63,616 nucleotides of DNA, filler included, from Hausera hauseri (GCA_046269625.1; 12 parts of 12 records of this genome joined end to end with filler, not necessarily neighbours in it), one strand, 5' to 3'; counted from the whole stretch's first letter, positions 24,206 to 37,549 are shown. Program-made: numbers and translations. The notes: generated from the letters alone by a model not told the origin.

Positions 24206-25451
24206 ATGAAAGCCTCATTGTTGGTGTGTATGTTTCTTTGCATGTTAAATTTTTTGAATGTTACTTGGTCCCTATGACAAACGGTGGGCGTGTCTCCCCG
24301 GAGAGGGACATCCCGAAAATAATGGTCATACATGATGTCAAGATGAGCATAAATGTTTTTTCGTTATGTAAATATTTTAATTTTGTTGAATATTCGATCG
24401 AAGGAAATTGCCGGTTACAGAATGATAATTTCATAGAAAAATTAGGAACGATCAATGGAAAACTATTCGATGTACATATATAGTATGGTGGTTAGTATCA
24501 ATGCATTTTTATCTCGTAGTCGTTGTATGAATATTTTCAATCACATTTAACATCAGAATCAAGTTCATTTTTCGTAATGTAAGAGTTGACTAATACTATC
24601 AATACAAAGATTTGGAGATGTTGATGATCAAGCTGCGTGCGTCATGGTTATATGTCGTTCCATAAATTCAAGTTTTTTTCGCATTCTCTGAAACAAAAAC
24701 TCCGGTGATAAACCAATTTCTCCAATGTTAAAAGGAGAATTTAGCTCACTCCAATTGTTTCTAACTTTTTAGTAATAATTAAATAACGACGAATAAAACA
24801 TTAATTAAAAATAATAATAAATTACCGATATATCTTAAATTAAAAGTTTTGTCAGATTAAGTCGTACTGAAATAAAACGTGAAAGAAACTAGTGAGCATG
24901 TTGTTTTATAACATATTAAATGAACAATAGATTTAATTTGATTCTATGACAGTGTTTGATATTCGAAACCACTTATACCTGGTATCAATAGACGTAGTTC
25001 AGTGAGACGCCTCGAATCATAGTCAAAATAGGTCGTTTTGGTGAATTTGAGAATTTTGAGTCTACTCATAAATTGATTTACATGTTTTTAATTAAACAAC
25101 TAACATTTTCTACATGTACATACTATGCTCCATTCATAGCATATAATCTGGACTGGATATCCATTTCGATTACTCCATTTATGTGTATATGTAAAATTTT
25201 CTTTGATTACTCATTCCTGAACAACTATTGACATAGATTCGGATACGTTGAAGCATGGCCTGTTGTTTGCACCATAACTCGACTCTGTACGATGTGTGGT
25301 TGTGTGTCTATGCTTCTTAACATACTAGATAACTCAATTTCTCATTTCTCANNNNNNNNNNNNNNNNNNNNNNNNNNNNNNNNNNNNNNNNNNNNTTAAT
25401 TAATTAANNNNNNNNNNNNNNNNNNNNNNNNNNNNNNNNNNNNNNNNNNNN

Positions 25452-28400
25452 GTCAATTGTTCCATGATTGCAAATTCGTATCGAAATGTTTGCCCAACTA
25501 ATTGGACTTCTGGGTTCCATTTAAACATTGGTTTTAACATTTGGCCAACAGCTCCTGTACTACCTGGATCCTTCGTAGACGGCGGGTATAACTGTCCTCT
25601 TAGCGTTTGAGGTATTGAATCATTTTTATGTAAGATATCTCGGAACCCGTATCGACTAACGCATAAACTTCCCAATTCTCGATAATGATTTTGACGAAGG
25701 GTCTTCCTTCTACCACGGTTCCAAAACAGTTTGATGCTACTTTCGAACGTTTAGTCACTGATATTTTGTGTTCGTTTATTTGCACTTCTGGGGCGGATAC
25801 TGTTTTTCGATAACTGTCTCAACTCTTCGTTTGGATATAATTCGTTGTTTTCTACGTGCAATTCTTCCATTTCATGAGTGCTAATTAGCTGCTCCCGATT
25901 GTTAGTATGCAGTTCAGTGTGTTGGAAGGTTTTTAGTCTTGCGTTGTCCCAAACCGTCGATCTGGTTTCTATATTTTTAGGTTCTGTTGGTGGATACAAT
26001 ATTTTGGGATCATCCGCAGACTGTTGATAACACATTTTCCGTAAAATTCCGTATCGTTTCGTTCCTTCTTAAGGATCCTCTAGATTAATTGTTCTTTTGT
26101 AGATTTCCGTTTGGTATGAACTCATGGATCGTCTGTCACAATCTTCATAGAATAGAGCGGTATGAGGTAACATGGGCAATGGGTACTTAACGATAGAGTA
26201 CATCTTATGTCTATTTATTCCTGAAAGTACTTCTCCTCATTTAGGCTCATCATTATCTGAATTATTTCTTTTTGTAATAGATTTTGTAAATTTTCGCTTT
26301 CGTAAGAATATAGGCCTTTTCCTTCGTTTACGATTATGATATCCGACATGACGTTCTAAGTCCGATTTCCACCTACTCTCTTCGTATGCCTTTAAGAATT
26401 TCCCAAAGGGCGTTATGACTGCAGTCAGTATTCTGCATAAAAATCCGGTTAGTGTAAATATTTCGTATTTGTTTATTACTGCTTAGATGACTGCCTTAAC
26501 CATTTGTATCAGAAAATATATCGCTAAAAATCCTGACGCGGCTTGTCCAAAAATTAAAAATCTTCCCCAAATTTTGTAGAGTATTTCTGTTGTTACTCTC
26601 TAATAGTTGTTCACTCCAAGTAATGATTCCCATTTAGCCTGATATCGTGTATCATCTACTACAAACGCCATAGCTCGGTTTAGCTTATGTGTTCATTGTC
26701 GTGGGAAAGCGAGAAATTGTCGGAAGGCCACAATTTCCTTCGGCCTGTATATACCTTTAGACGAGATGTCTTGAAATTTATCGTCTGTAATCCATTTCGC
26801 GAGATTCGTTCCTATCAACTTGTTGGGAGCGGCGGTAATATCTCCATTAGATAAACTAACCCAGTCTGTTTCACTACGCCTGAACATTGGCTCTCCTAAA
26901 CTTGCTTTACAATCCTTAAGAATGGTCGGTTGTGTCGCATTATCCAACAACACTCTCGTCAATGGTGTAGCTAATCTTGGAGTATTCTGATAAATAACAG
27001 GAAGTTCCTGGATACAACGTTTCTCTTCTACGTTAATGGGAATTTCTCTTTTTTCACATTCATAGGTTAGTAATACTTCGCCCGTAACTCGACCGAAAAT
27101 TCCTTCTCTCATGGGAATTATTGGAGAAGCTAATTCCGGGTTTGCATATATACGAGCCATTTTAGTTCTCATGATTTCTGTATCCAATTTGCAGTCATTC
27201 ATTATCATTTTGTGATATAATTCCGTTATTCCGACTTGCCCTTTGTAGTAAAAGTAATAGTCTCGATTCTTCAGGTTATCTTCAATGCGGACATCCTGTG
27301 TTTCCAGCTTATAGGTTTTCGCACTTATTTTCGTTTCTGCGGCAAAAAACGCCTCATCGTTCGTAGCAAACATCACTACATCACAGCGAGACATCATCTC
27401 TTTTTTAATAAATTTCAATCCATGCTGATCCGAAATTAATATAGTAGGTGTAGAGTGTTCTGATACATCCTTGCGTGTCCTCGAGTTAGTTTTTGATTTG
27501 TCCACATATCGTTTTCCTGTAGTCTCATTGAACTTTAGTTCTTTAATTTTAATAAAATTACAATTTCTACCAGAGGAAGGTTCCCTAATTATAACCGAGC
27601 TTCTTAAAGCACAGGTTCCGTCTTTTAAATGGCATTTCTGATTCTCAGTATATAACTTAGTGACACTGTGGAAGATTACCACTTGTGATCGCATTTCTGA
27701 TTCGTAGAAATCCACAACCACCACGTTTGATTCCAATCCTTTTCCGGTATAGTATTCTGCTCAATTACAATGTCCGCTATGCATATCTAATCTTCCGGTT
27801 ACTACTTTGTATGCCCTGATTATCTTTCCTGGCTGAATCTCCAATTGCACACTGTCCCATTGTATTCCCCCAGTTTCCTTGGCTTGCTTGCAGTGTTGAC
27901 GTTCTAAGTTCATTGGAATTAATGGAGTTGTTGGTTTAATTATAGATGAGCGTCCATGAACCAACCCACAGTGAAAAATACTACGCGATCGTCTCAGCAT
28001 ACATTCCATTCCATCTAGCGATGTCAATTCTTGCTGCTGATATAGGAAATAATTTTTCTTTTGTCTCCAACTTGTGTGGTCTGGCATCTTCGCATACTTC
28101 TAGATCCATAAAAGAATATCTCTGTCCTAGCTTAAACTTATCGCAATCGTAGACAGTTACAGCGCCTATATGCTTAGTTATCATCATCAAGGTGAGTAAG
28201 CTAATTAGCCAATTCGATTTGTTCTTCCGGCATCCAACTTCCGCCGTTGTTAAATTACGTAACACGTCGTCGAGTTTATTGCTGTTTCGTTTGTCTTCTT
28301 CTTTATCAAATAGTATGGACCAATTTACTTCGCAGGGCAATCTTTTTGCAGCTTTTCGTGCTATGCTTATAGCTCTATTGATTTCGCTCTCTCGATTAGG

Positions 28401-29300
28401 GTTTTGCTTGATAGCTAAGAATAATAGCACTTTTCTCAGTACTTCATTGATGTTTTCTACCATGATTTTATCAATTACTGCTTCACCATTTAAGGTACTT
28501 TTTGACCGCTTCAAACTTGAGCTTCTCATCCTTTTTGGCTGCATCGAAAATTATCTTTTCTTTATCGTCTAATACATCACCTCGTAGGCTTGAATAATTT
28601 ACAATTCGTATTAGATTCTTCATTAAATCGTTTAATTCTTCATTATTTGTGCTAAAAGTCGGGATAGACATTTGTCTCAATTCTCTAATCAATTCTCCGT
28701 TGTAGTGTGCCTCTTCTCGCGTTTTCTTAGGCCTTCCTACTGGACGTTTCGGCTTTTGGCCTCTGGCGGTTATTTCACTCAGTGGTACTAAATTTATATC
28801 ATATTGTTCCTTATCTTCATCCGTTTGTAAGTACTCAAAATACATTGCAGCATCTCAAACTCCCATAATTTGTCCTACGCATTGTTCCGTTTTAGCCTTA
28901 CATGTGGCTTTTTCTTTTGTCTGTTCGTTAGCTATTATTGCTAATATCCGGTTTGTTTCGTGGGAAATAATCCCGACATCTATTAGCTGTTCTAGGTCCT
29001 TCCACCATTGTTTAACAACCATTCTCTTACATCTTTTACATAGGAATATGTAGTTAATTCACATTCTTTTTCATCCATCCACTCGGATGATACCATTACT
29101 TTCATCGCTACCTCAGGTGTAGTCCTTAAACTTTTAGCGTATTTCCTTATCAAAAGTTTCGGCACCGTGCTATAAATTGTGTTCTCACTAGATAATTTAG
29201 TTAAGGTTGGAATAAGCTGTCTTAATTTATTTTCAGTAATATTTTCGTTAATTAGTTCAATCAAATCTTTATCAGTTAGCGCTGAATCTAGGAGCATCTC
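25452..29300 (-). mobile_element. Env-bearing Ty3/gypsy element, copy 2 (AT-hook region, glycoprotein, linker, protease)
   Basis: Colinear with 1-2750. KRPVGRPKK at 28723-28749, signal WLISLLTLMMITKHIGA from 28211, 347-aa open glycoprotein stretch 26693-27736, TM at about 26480-26570, ALVDTGSE with DTGS at 25642-25653. Confidence 0.88.
26390..28211 (-). pseudogene. Chuvirus-like envelope glycoprotein domain, copy 2 (best preserved)
   Basis: AVTVYDCDK..YSFMDLEVC..ECMLRRSRSIFHCGLVHGRSSII..C..RCIQELPV..KIWGRFLIFGQAASGFLAIYFLIQMVKAVI.AVINKYEIFTLTGFLCRILTAVI. Few lesions. Confidence 0.8.
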
Positions 29301-29571
29301 TGTGGTGCCGCGGATATAGGCATCACCACAATCCTTGGAAATTTATTCGTCACTCGTTCAATCAATAGTTTTGCCCTTCGTTAAACCACCGTCTTCTGCA
29401 AACGTCAGCACACTTCAGTTTACACCGGGAGTACAAAAGACTTCACGAAATAAAAGCCTAATCACGAATTAAATTGTATTTCCTGCCGAAATTACCCCCA
29501 GTTCATACGATTTCAAGAATCCAACAAATTGAAAATACCAACTATCAACTAACGACATACAGACCCGTACA
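29301..29571 (+). repeat. Candidate LTR of an unrelated element inserted into copy 2
   Basis: Homology to copy 3 stops here. Segment starts TGTGG, contains AATAAA near 29449 and ends GTACA at the contig edge. Confidence 0.35.
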
Positions 29572-29672
29572 ANNNNNNNNNNNNNNNNNNNNNNNNNNNN
29601 NNNNNNNNNNNNNNNNTTAATTAATTAANNNNNNNNNNNNNNNNNNNNNNNNNNNNNNNNNNNNNNNNNNNN

Positions 29673-30276
29673 TGCTGTGGATAGCAATGATGATTTGATT
29701 AAATTGTTTTTAAAGAAAAATGGTTTCAGTAAAATGAAGTTGTTTGAATTTCTAACAACCAAACACAACCGGATGCTTCATAAGTATGAATTTCATTTGT
29801 GACATTTTATTTAAAGTGTAATTTTTATCTAGATGTTTTTGTGAACGTTTTGATGATTTGTGTAAAATAATCGTATTTTCGTCGACTCATGGTCATGACA
29901 AACCAATTGTGCATGAATGAATTGACTCTACGGTTCAAATTCGTTAAAGTCAAATCAATTTTCAATTATCATGACCTATCGATCATCATGTTTCTGATAA
30001 TTTAAAAGTCGAACTGCTGGAAGACCTTGAAGGGTCGAGCATCTTTTCAGAATTCCTATCATATTATACTGTAAAGGTTTGTAAGTCATTTTCTTTATTA
30101 AATTTAACTTTTTGCTATGTCAGAGTGATTTATCACAGTCGATAAGTCAGTTGAACATTCCAAAACTACCAGATGATGAAAGTGACTTCAGTCGGACAAG
30201 TATATTGGATCTTGAAAATGTTGAAGAAATGATGAATCTTGAAGAGATTATTTCACGAATAATGACGGCGTCTTAA
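29673..30276 (+). CDS. Probable 3' exons of an unidentified host gene with mini-introns
   Basis: GT-AG introns at 29784-29832 (49 nt) and 30077-30123 (47 nt). Last exon SDLSQSISQL...RIMTAS* ends at 30276. The middle exon has an unresolved frame problem. Confidence 0.35.
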
Positions 30277-30883
30277 TTACATGCAAATTTAAGATTATTA
30301 CGGGAATATTAATGATGATTGTACAGAAATAATGCCGTCGAATGTTTTTTACGAGTCTTACATAGTTTTGATTACTTTTTTTGAAATCTCCAACGTTCAC
30401 TTTTGCTAATATTTATACAATTTGTTTATAACATTTCTTGCTCATATCAAAAATGTGACGGTTATAAGTAATAAGTGCCAAGTCCGATTCACCCCTTTTA
30501 AATTGATTTTTGTTTTAACGCATAAATTTAATTAAAATAGGTGGGCTAGGGACTTTGTTCCAGAATGCCCATTTTTCCACAACTTCTGAATATTATTGTT
30601 ATTTTTATTATTATTAATCATTATTTAATTGAAATACGTATGATTTCTATATACTATATCGTACTTTGTAATATTTAAATTCAAATGCACACATTCATTA
30701 TTACATTACATACAGACATTTACTTTATAAATAAAGTAGGTCATTTTCTGAGAACTGTACACAAACAAAACATACTCTATGGACTTATTTGCCAAACTAT
30801 GTATTCAAAAAGAATCAATGGATCTGAAATGTGTCCCAAAACCATGCTGAATAAAATAAAAGGACATGCAACAACATCATTAG

Positions 30884-32488
30884 TCAACAATTACTATTTT
30901 CTTTATTGTCGACTACATCTTTATTTTTTGACAGATTTCTCTTGGCCTCCATTATCATAAATTCCTTCCATTCGTTTTCCTTTCCCTTTTTCAATGTTAC
31001 AGGCTGCTGTAGAGTTTGACAAAGAGGCATACCTTTAGTTTCAGGAAAAAGCACCATTATTAAAACAACAGTAATTATAAACCACACTGAATAGATAATA
31101 AATGGCAGTGCGGCGTGGACAACCAATGTTGCTTCATGAATTTGTGGTGCAACAATACCGACTACACCAACGACGAGATACACAATCGTACCTCCAGAAT
31201 TTCTATCCGACGTTGGAATCAACTCGTTCATCAATAGATCTAAAATACACCATGCAGTTACATATCCGAGTTTTGCGCCCATTGCCAGAATTACTTTTAA
31301 CCATGTTTGCCATACTGATTTTTCAATGTTTCCTTCTAGAAATGGGGTAATAACCAAACAAACCATTCCTGCTAAAGAAAGTGACGATATTGATTTTTTT
31401 CGTCCCATTTTTTCGGCTAAGAATGACGCCAGGGGGCCAGTTGGGAATTCTACTAAACCCATGGAGCAAGTTGTAATAAAAATGTTATCACTGGCAAAAG
31501 TCAAATCCGTGGAGCAGCCAATGTACGCAAAAGTAAAACTACAAGCCGCAGTATTAAGAATAATCAATCGACCGAGCATTGTTTTGTTTCTGAGTAAATT
31601 CCAAAATCGTCCAGTTGGCGATTTAATCGGTGTCCAATTATCAACTATATCTTTATCCAAAGTTGTTCGGTTTATTTTTGCAATAAAACGCAAACTATCA
31701 TAAGCCTGTTTCCTTCGACCTTTCAGCATTAACCATCGTGGAGTTTCGGGAATCATAAAAAAGTAAAACGTATAAGTCACTGATGGAATTAGTGACAAAC
31801 CTAATATCATTCGCCAAGACCCAGACAAATAAGCAAACAATCCTGTGCACATGTAACCAACAGAGTAAAAAAACCAATAGTTCGGAGCAACTAAATATAG
31901 TTTCGGTTCGGGAGTGAATTCCAACAACATAGCGAATGTTAACGAATTAAGTATAGACCGAATAAATCCATGGAGAAAGAAATACACGTACTGAAAAATC
32001 AGACTACTTGTGAACACTTGAGCAAATGTCGTAGCAACACTTGAATACAAAGATATTAAAACTAACGTTCGCCGGCCAACAGAATCTGCAGCCATTACCA
32101 CCGGATAGGAGCACAATGATCCAGCAAAGAACATAACGTAAATCAAATTCCTAACATATTTCCTACCGCACACCAAATCGAATTCCGATACCATTGTATG
32201 ACGAATATATTTCGTATCAAACACCCAACGAACGCACGGATTCCACGAGCTGTTCTGTGACAATCGAAACTGACATTGGTCACTAGAAATTTCATACGCA
32301 AATAAATCAGAGTAATTTCCTGTGGATGAGTCATTCACGATGCATGTGCAATTTTCCTCGTACAACGCAAACGACAAACTTTGAAAATCGACGGCCGGTT
32401 TGAATGTTGTAATAGAGAGTAGGAAAAATGCGATATAATGAAATCGTCCGCAACCACCGATATTCACATTAACAGCTTCAAAATCCAT
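30884..32488 (-). CDS. SLC22/MFS organic cation/anion transporter, intronless, 534 aa
   Basis: MDFE..IGGCGRFH start, Cys-containing loop, TMVSEFDLVC, ADSVGRR, IPETPRWL, AEKMGRK, ELIPTSDR, FPETKGMPL. About 12 hydrophobic segments. Confidence 0.93.
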   Translation of the reverse strand: MDFEAVNVNIGGCGRFHYIAFFLLSITTFKPAVDFQSLSFALYEENCTCIVNDSSTGNYSDLFAYEISSDQCQFRLSQNSSWNPCVRWVFDTKYIRHTMVSEFDLVCGRKYVRNLIYVMFFAGSLCSYPVVMAADSVGRRTLVLISLYSSVATTFAQVFTSSLIFQYVYFFLHGFIRSILNSLTFAMLLEFTPEPKLYLVAPNYWFFYSVGYMCTGLFAYLSGSWRMILGLSLIPSVTYTFYFFMIPETPRWLMLKGRRKQAYDSLRFIAKINRTTLDKDIVDNWTPIKSPTGRFWNLLRNKTMLGRLIILNTAACSFTFAYIGCSTDLTFASDNIFITTCSMGLVEFPTGPLASFLAEKMGRKKSISSLSLAGMVCLVITPFLEGNIEKSVWQTWLKVILAMGAKLGYVTAWCILDLLMNELIPTSDRNSGGTIVYLVVGVVGIVAPQIHEATLVVHAALPFIIYSVWFIITVVLIMVLFPETKGMPLCQTLQQPVTLKKGKENEWKEFMIMEAKRNLSKNKDVVDNKENSNC

Positions 32489-34719
32489 AATTATAGTACA
32501 GTAACTAGTTTTGCCACTGTCAAACAATACTGGCTTCACAATGCGCGTGATAGCAATTTATAATGCGGTATTATAAAGTGCCAAATGATGGACGTAGTAG
32601 TGTGTCGTTAACAAGCATAATATGACGTTAGTATGGACAGTGTCTAGTTTGATTCAGTAGAAAATAAAGGACATTTAAATTAATTTGGTGTCGTAATTAA
32701 CAATTCAAATGCTTCTTTGAATTTTAAATATGCTTGGAAAACATTTGAGAAATTCTAGTTAATTATACATCAAATTATGCCTATGTACGTTGTGATATAA
32801 TTTAGACATAAGAATCGTAACTACACAATATGTCCAATTTCAGAACATTTTTGAATCGGCAAGAATAAAAGTAAAAGTAAGCCAATATTGAAGGATGAAC
32901 CGAATAAATGCTGGTTGAAAAAGATCGCTGAATCTGATAGAATGTGTTAGATGATACCAATATAGATAAAATTGATATAAAATGACTGAAAGTAAAACTC
33001 CAAATGGTTATCAAAATTTTCAATAGAATTATAAAATAGTTTTGAAATTATTGAATTAAATAGACTCGAACTTTTAAATGGTTCTAGAAACAATAATTAG
33101 TCATAAAATCAATTGTAACAATTCAAATTCTCAGAGAATATTTCAAAAATTAAAAAATCAATCAGACAAATATAATATTCAAATTCATTAAAAACATCAA
33201 TTGCTTTATTGATCAATGTTTTCCAACAGTGAATTCAAATGATGTTATTCAAAACAGCTTTAAATAAGAAATCAATAGGTAGTTGAACAAAGAGAGCTAA
33301 CAATGCAAGTACTAAATAAAAAAATCAATAATAACCACCAAATCAGCACTAAAAATCAAAGAGATAATATCAAAACGCGAGGAAAATTATAAACAGATTT
33401 AACGAATGATCCTTATGTTGTGAGATAGTAACAATTGTTTCGGGATTGTAACAACAAAATAGAATTCGTGTCAGACGATGGATTTTTTTTGTATATATCC
33501 AGCGAATTCATTATAAGCGACTATTTTTCAGTTGACTTCTTATTATCGGATCCCTGAATGAGAAATAATTACGAATAGCAAGTAACACGGTGAAATATGA
33601 TTGTGACAAGATGTTACGGTTCCCAGTGTTAACAATTCGTTTCTGCATAATCTCGACTGAATAGATCGTGAAAATTGTCATACGTGATAATGATTGTTGT
33701 GAGGATTAATGAATCTTTCTTTGTATGTTCACAATTAGATTTTTTTGCACATAATTAGATTTTTGTCTAATATATAAATTCTTCATCAAAGAGACAGTTT
33801 CAGAAATAAGAAAAGTGTTGTAAAGGTGTTATAAAATAGATTCGCTACTATCACCGATTTTTGGTTTCGAACACTCGGTCTAACTCTTACGCGCTGTGGA
33901 GGAAACGTCTATCTATGTGGGTTCATTTTATTTATTTTCTTGCTTATTTTAGACCTTAATTGTCAGTTTAGCAAGTGTTTTTTTGTGTAATTTTATTAAC
34001 CGGATCTTTTCTTGTGAGCTCTAAAATAGTCTGAATGACAAAATCAGTTTGCATGTTCGAGGTTACTTGCGGACTATTCGTTGAATTGCCGCGGTAGCTC
34101 GAATTCCTCAAATAAATAAATTTGTTGGTAAACTACATTTGATTGAATCTTAATTTTGTTTAACGAGCTCATTTTAATTTATTGTTTTGTTGGCAATACC
34201 GTTGCTCTCGAGAATAACAAGTTGAGATTGGTTTGGAAGTAACATAGAATAACCTTTTTGTAAACATTTATATTTAGATATAAAATAGTCGAGCCCTAAT
34301 ATTAGCTTAAGGGTTAATCGTTCTTTTAATTCATTCGAACAAATAGTTATCGCCGGGGGAAATAAAGGAACATTGATCAATAAGAGTGAACCACTCTCAT
34401 AAAACAAAAACTGTAAAATTGCTTGGGGTGTTCTCTGGTTGACAATTAAATTAGTAAATTTTCAATTAAAATTTATTTATACTTGCATTAACATTAATAA
34501 TAATAACTTATTGATAAAAAATTACGTTACAATCTGTTTTTACGTTTTATCTAACCAACAGAATAATCGTAATTGTCTCACAAAAATTCAGTCAATTTTG
34601 GTAATTTACTCTAACAACANNNNNNNNNNNNNNNNNNNNNNNNNNNNNNNNNNNNNNNNNNNNTTAATTAATTAANNNNNNNNNNNNNNNNNNNNNNNNN
34701 NNNNNNNNNNNNNNNNNNN

Positions 34720-37545
34720 GTGGTTAAGACGTTGGAATATTGCGCGAAGGTGTTCCTCGTGTTGTTTGGCCGAAGATGAAACGACTAGAATATCATCGAC
34801 AAAAGGGTGTGCAAACGGGAAATCTGAAAGAATTGAATCAATGTGCCGCTGAAAAGTTTGTGCGGCATTCCGCACACCGAATGGCATAAACAGGTATTCA
34901 TAGAGACCAAAAGGGGTAGTGACAGCAGTTTTTTCTATGTCTTCGGGTGCCACCGGTATTTGGTGGTGTGCTTTAGCTAAATCAATGGTCGAATAAATGG
35001 TGGTTGAATTAAGATGATGCAAGATATCCTTGATGAGTGGTATAGGGTACACATCCATGATAGTCAAGTTGTTCAGCTGTCGGTAGTCACCGCATGGTCT
35101 AAAATAACCGTCCTTTTTTGTACAACGTGTAAAGGTGATGACCAAGGAGATTTGGAACGGCGTACTATGCTGGAACGTTCTAGTTCAAGAAATTCGGCTT
35201 CTACGGCATGCCTACGATGAAGTGACAGAGGTCATACCTTTTGGTGTATTGATCGTTGATGCTGTGTAACTATATGGTGTAAAGTACTGTTTGCGGGAAT
35301 AAACGCACGATCTTTTTTAAGTACGAGTGGACATGAGGAGTTGACGAATTATTGTAAAGTTGTAGGTAACTGTGAGAGATTCGGTGAAAGTGGTAAAACG
35401 GCGTGAGTAGTAGCGGATGCAATGTGTGAGTTGTTTGGTAATGTGCAGTCAAGTGGTATTTGGTGTAAGATGGTCGAATTTAAAATGGTGTTGGGTGAAG
35501 TGATTTCGTCGAATGGATTAACATTGGTGGCCGTGCCACAGTTATCGACATCGAACCTCAATCGAATATCAATATTATTATTTAAAAATTTACGAATTGA
35601 ATTATTGTTATGAAAATTCGAATTATTCATTGATTATTTCAAGATTGAGCTCCGCGCCCCTGTTTACTGCGCTGTAGTCAAAATGCTATTGACATGTCCA
35701 GAAATGTCGCCAGTAGTGCCGTTCCTCAAACATCGCTGACTGCCGTCAACCAATAAATTATAATGTGATAAAAAATCGGATCCAAGAATTGCAGTCTTGA
35801 CGTTAGCGACTGTGAACGTCCAGTGGAAAGGTGAAGGAAATTTTTGTAATATGAAAGATAATTTAGCCATTCTAGAAATGTGCAGCGGTTGATCTGAAGC
35901 GGTGTATAAAGACTTCATTCTAAATGGTGAATTTTGTACTGGAAAAGTTTGTGGTAATAAGGAAATCGCTGCACCTGTATCAATGAGGAAATCAACAGAT
36001 AGTGTTGTAGGAGCGGTGATTGCAGCCTTTACAGTAGAGACAGCAAAAGAGGCATGTTGGCGTGCAGAAAGTGAAGTAGTGCCTTTGCCAGTGTTTGCTG
36101 TGACTTCTGGAGGCGAACTTAGTTTTTTTAAAATGGTGAATTAGGACGACTATTATAAGGAAAGGTAGTACGTCCGTCGTTCGCACCTGATTTGAAAGTG
36201 CAGCCTGGAATGCATTTACGAGCTTAGTTTTTGAACCTTGCGTGGTACATGCAAACAACGGTGTCCAAGGAAAAACTCTCGTTATAAAATTTGCAACCTA
36301 GGCAGCACTTCTGAGCACCAGTGTTAAATCTGCTGTGGTAATAGGAGATTGACGAACGCGCAGGCGATGGTGAGCGGTTTCTAGACGCAGAACGAACGCG
36401 GTCAGCGACAAAACCCCCTCGTCGGGACAGAGACAATTCGTTTAATTTAGTATTAATATTGTTGATTGTTGCATGTATTGCAATATCTTCAGCACGTAGC
36501 TGATTAAGCTGTTGTTCTATAGATGTATTATTGGTTTGAATATCGTTAGCGGCAACTGCTGCTGAAACAACTGGTGCAGAATTTACGTGTAGGATGTCAT
36601 GTGTCCTATCATCTGATTCGGCCAATTTCTCAAGAGGCGTGGAGTCCCCCACCACGGTAAGTAAGGCCCGTGAGGAAATAGTGGGGCAGTAGTCTGGATT
36701 GCGTTCTTTAGTGACGCCGAGTGTGTGTAGATGTGCTAAAGAGGTGAGTAAGAATTCTGATGGTCGCTGAGTGCCTATAACGTTGTCGTGGACGAAACAT
36801 TGTATGATTGTGTCCATGGAAGGTTCTGTGATCTTAAGGACTGCGTTGAAAAGTTGGGAATATGGGTCAGGAAGTTCAAAGATTTCGATGATGTTATGAA
36901 TGCGTGTTTTGATATTATTAGGCAGTAAAAGGAGAAGGTTATGTGCTTTAGTTAAGGAGTCAGTAATGTTATTTGTTTGTAGCCATAGTTGATCGAATTG
37001 TAACCAAGTTTTTTAGAGCCTTGGTTGTCAATAAAGAATTCGGCGCAGTTAGGAAAAGAAGCGGAAGAGGTAATGGATGGGAGGTTGCTAGCATGGGTAG
37101 AAATGGGTTTTTGAAGAAATATGACAGATTTTGGTTTTGTGGTGGTTTTATCCATGGTGTCTATGGTTGGCGAAGAGTTCATGCCACCACGGTTATGGAA
37201 ATTTATGTGGAGACAATTGTGGTTTAAAAAAGATGGCAGGGTTCCGATGAGGTGTATTATAGAACCGTTATGTGTGAGATAAAAATCGGAAGAGGTAAGT
37301 AAGAAAGAAATAAAGGTATGAAGGGTTGAAATATGTAAATGTGATGTAATGAGTGTGTATTTGTGTGTATTATTTAGGAAAACAAAAATAGAAAGAGGGG
37401 AAGTAGTGTGTCTGGGGTCGTGCTGCAGGGCCCACGTGAAAGGTGCCGTCTGACCGACCAGTGCAGGGCTGACGGTCGAGACCTCAGCCCCGTAGCGGCG
37501 GGCCCCAAATTGCAGGGTGACTGAGTTTCCCCTCAAAGGTGCGGC
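34720..37545 (-). mobile_element. Decayed Ty3/gypsy element, 5' half (gag, PR, RT)
   Basis: Gag-like QRPSEFL..PLEKLAE..C.YH.RF..A.KC, protease FLIDTGAAISL, ILGSDFLSHY, RT RPCGDYRQLN..TPFGLYEY..FVDDILV. Confidence 0.88.
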
Positions 37546-37549
37546 CATT

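Noticed and set aside
11307-29300. Treating neighbouring contigs (gag contig, env contigs) as a physical cluster
   Set aside because: They are separated by artificial linkers. Any relationship is inferred from content only.
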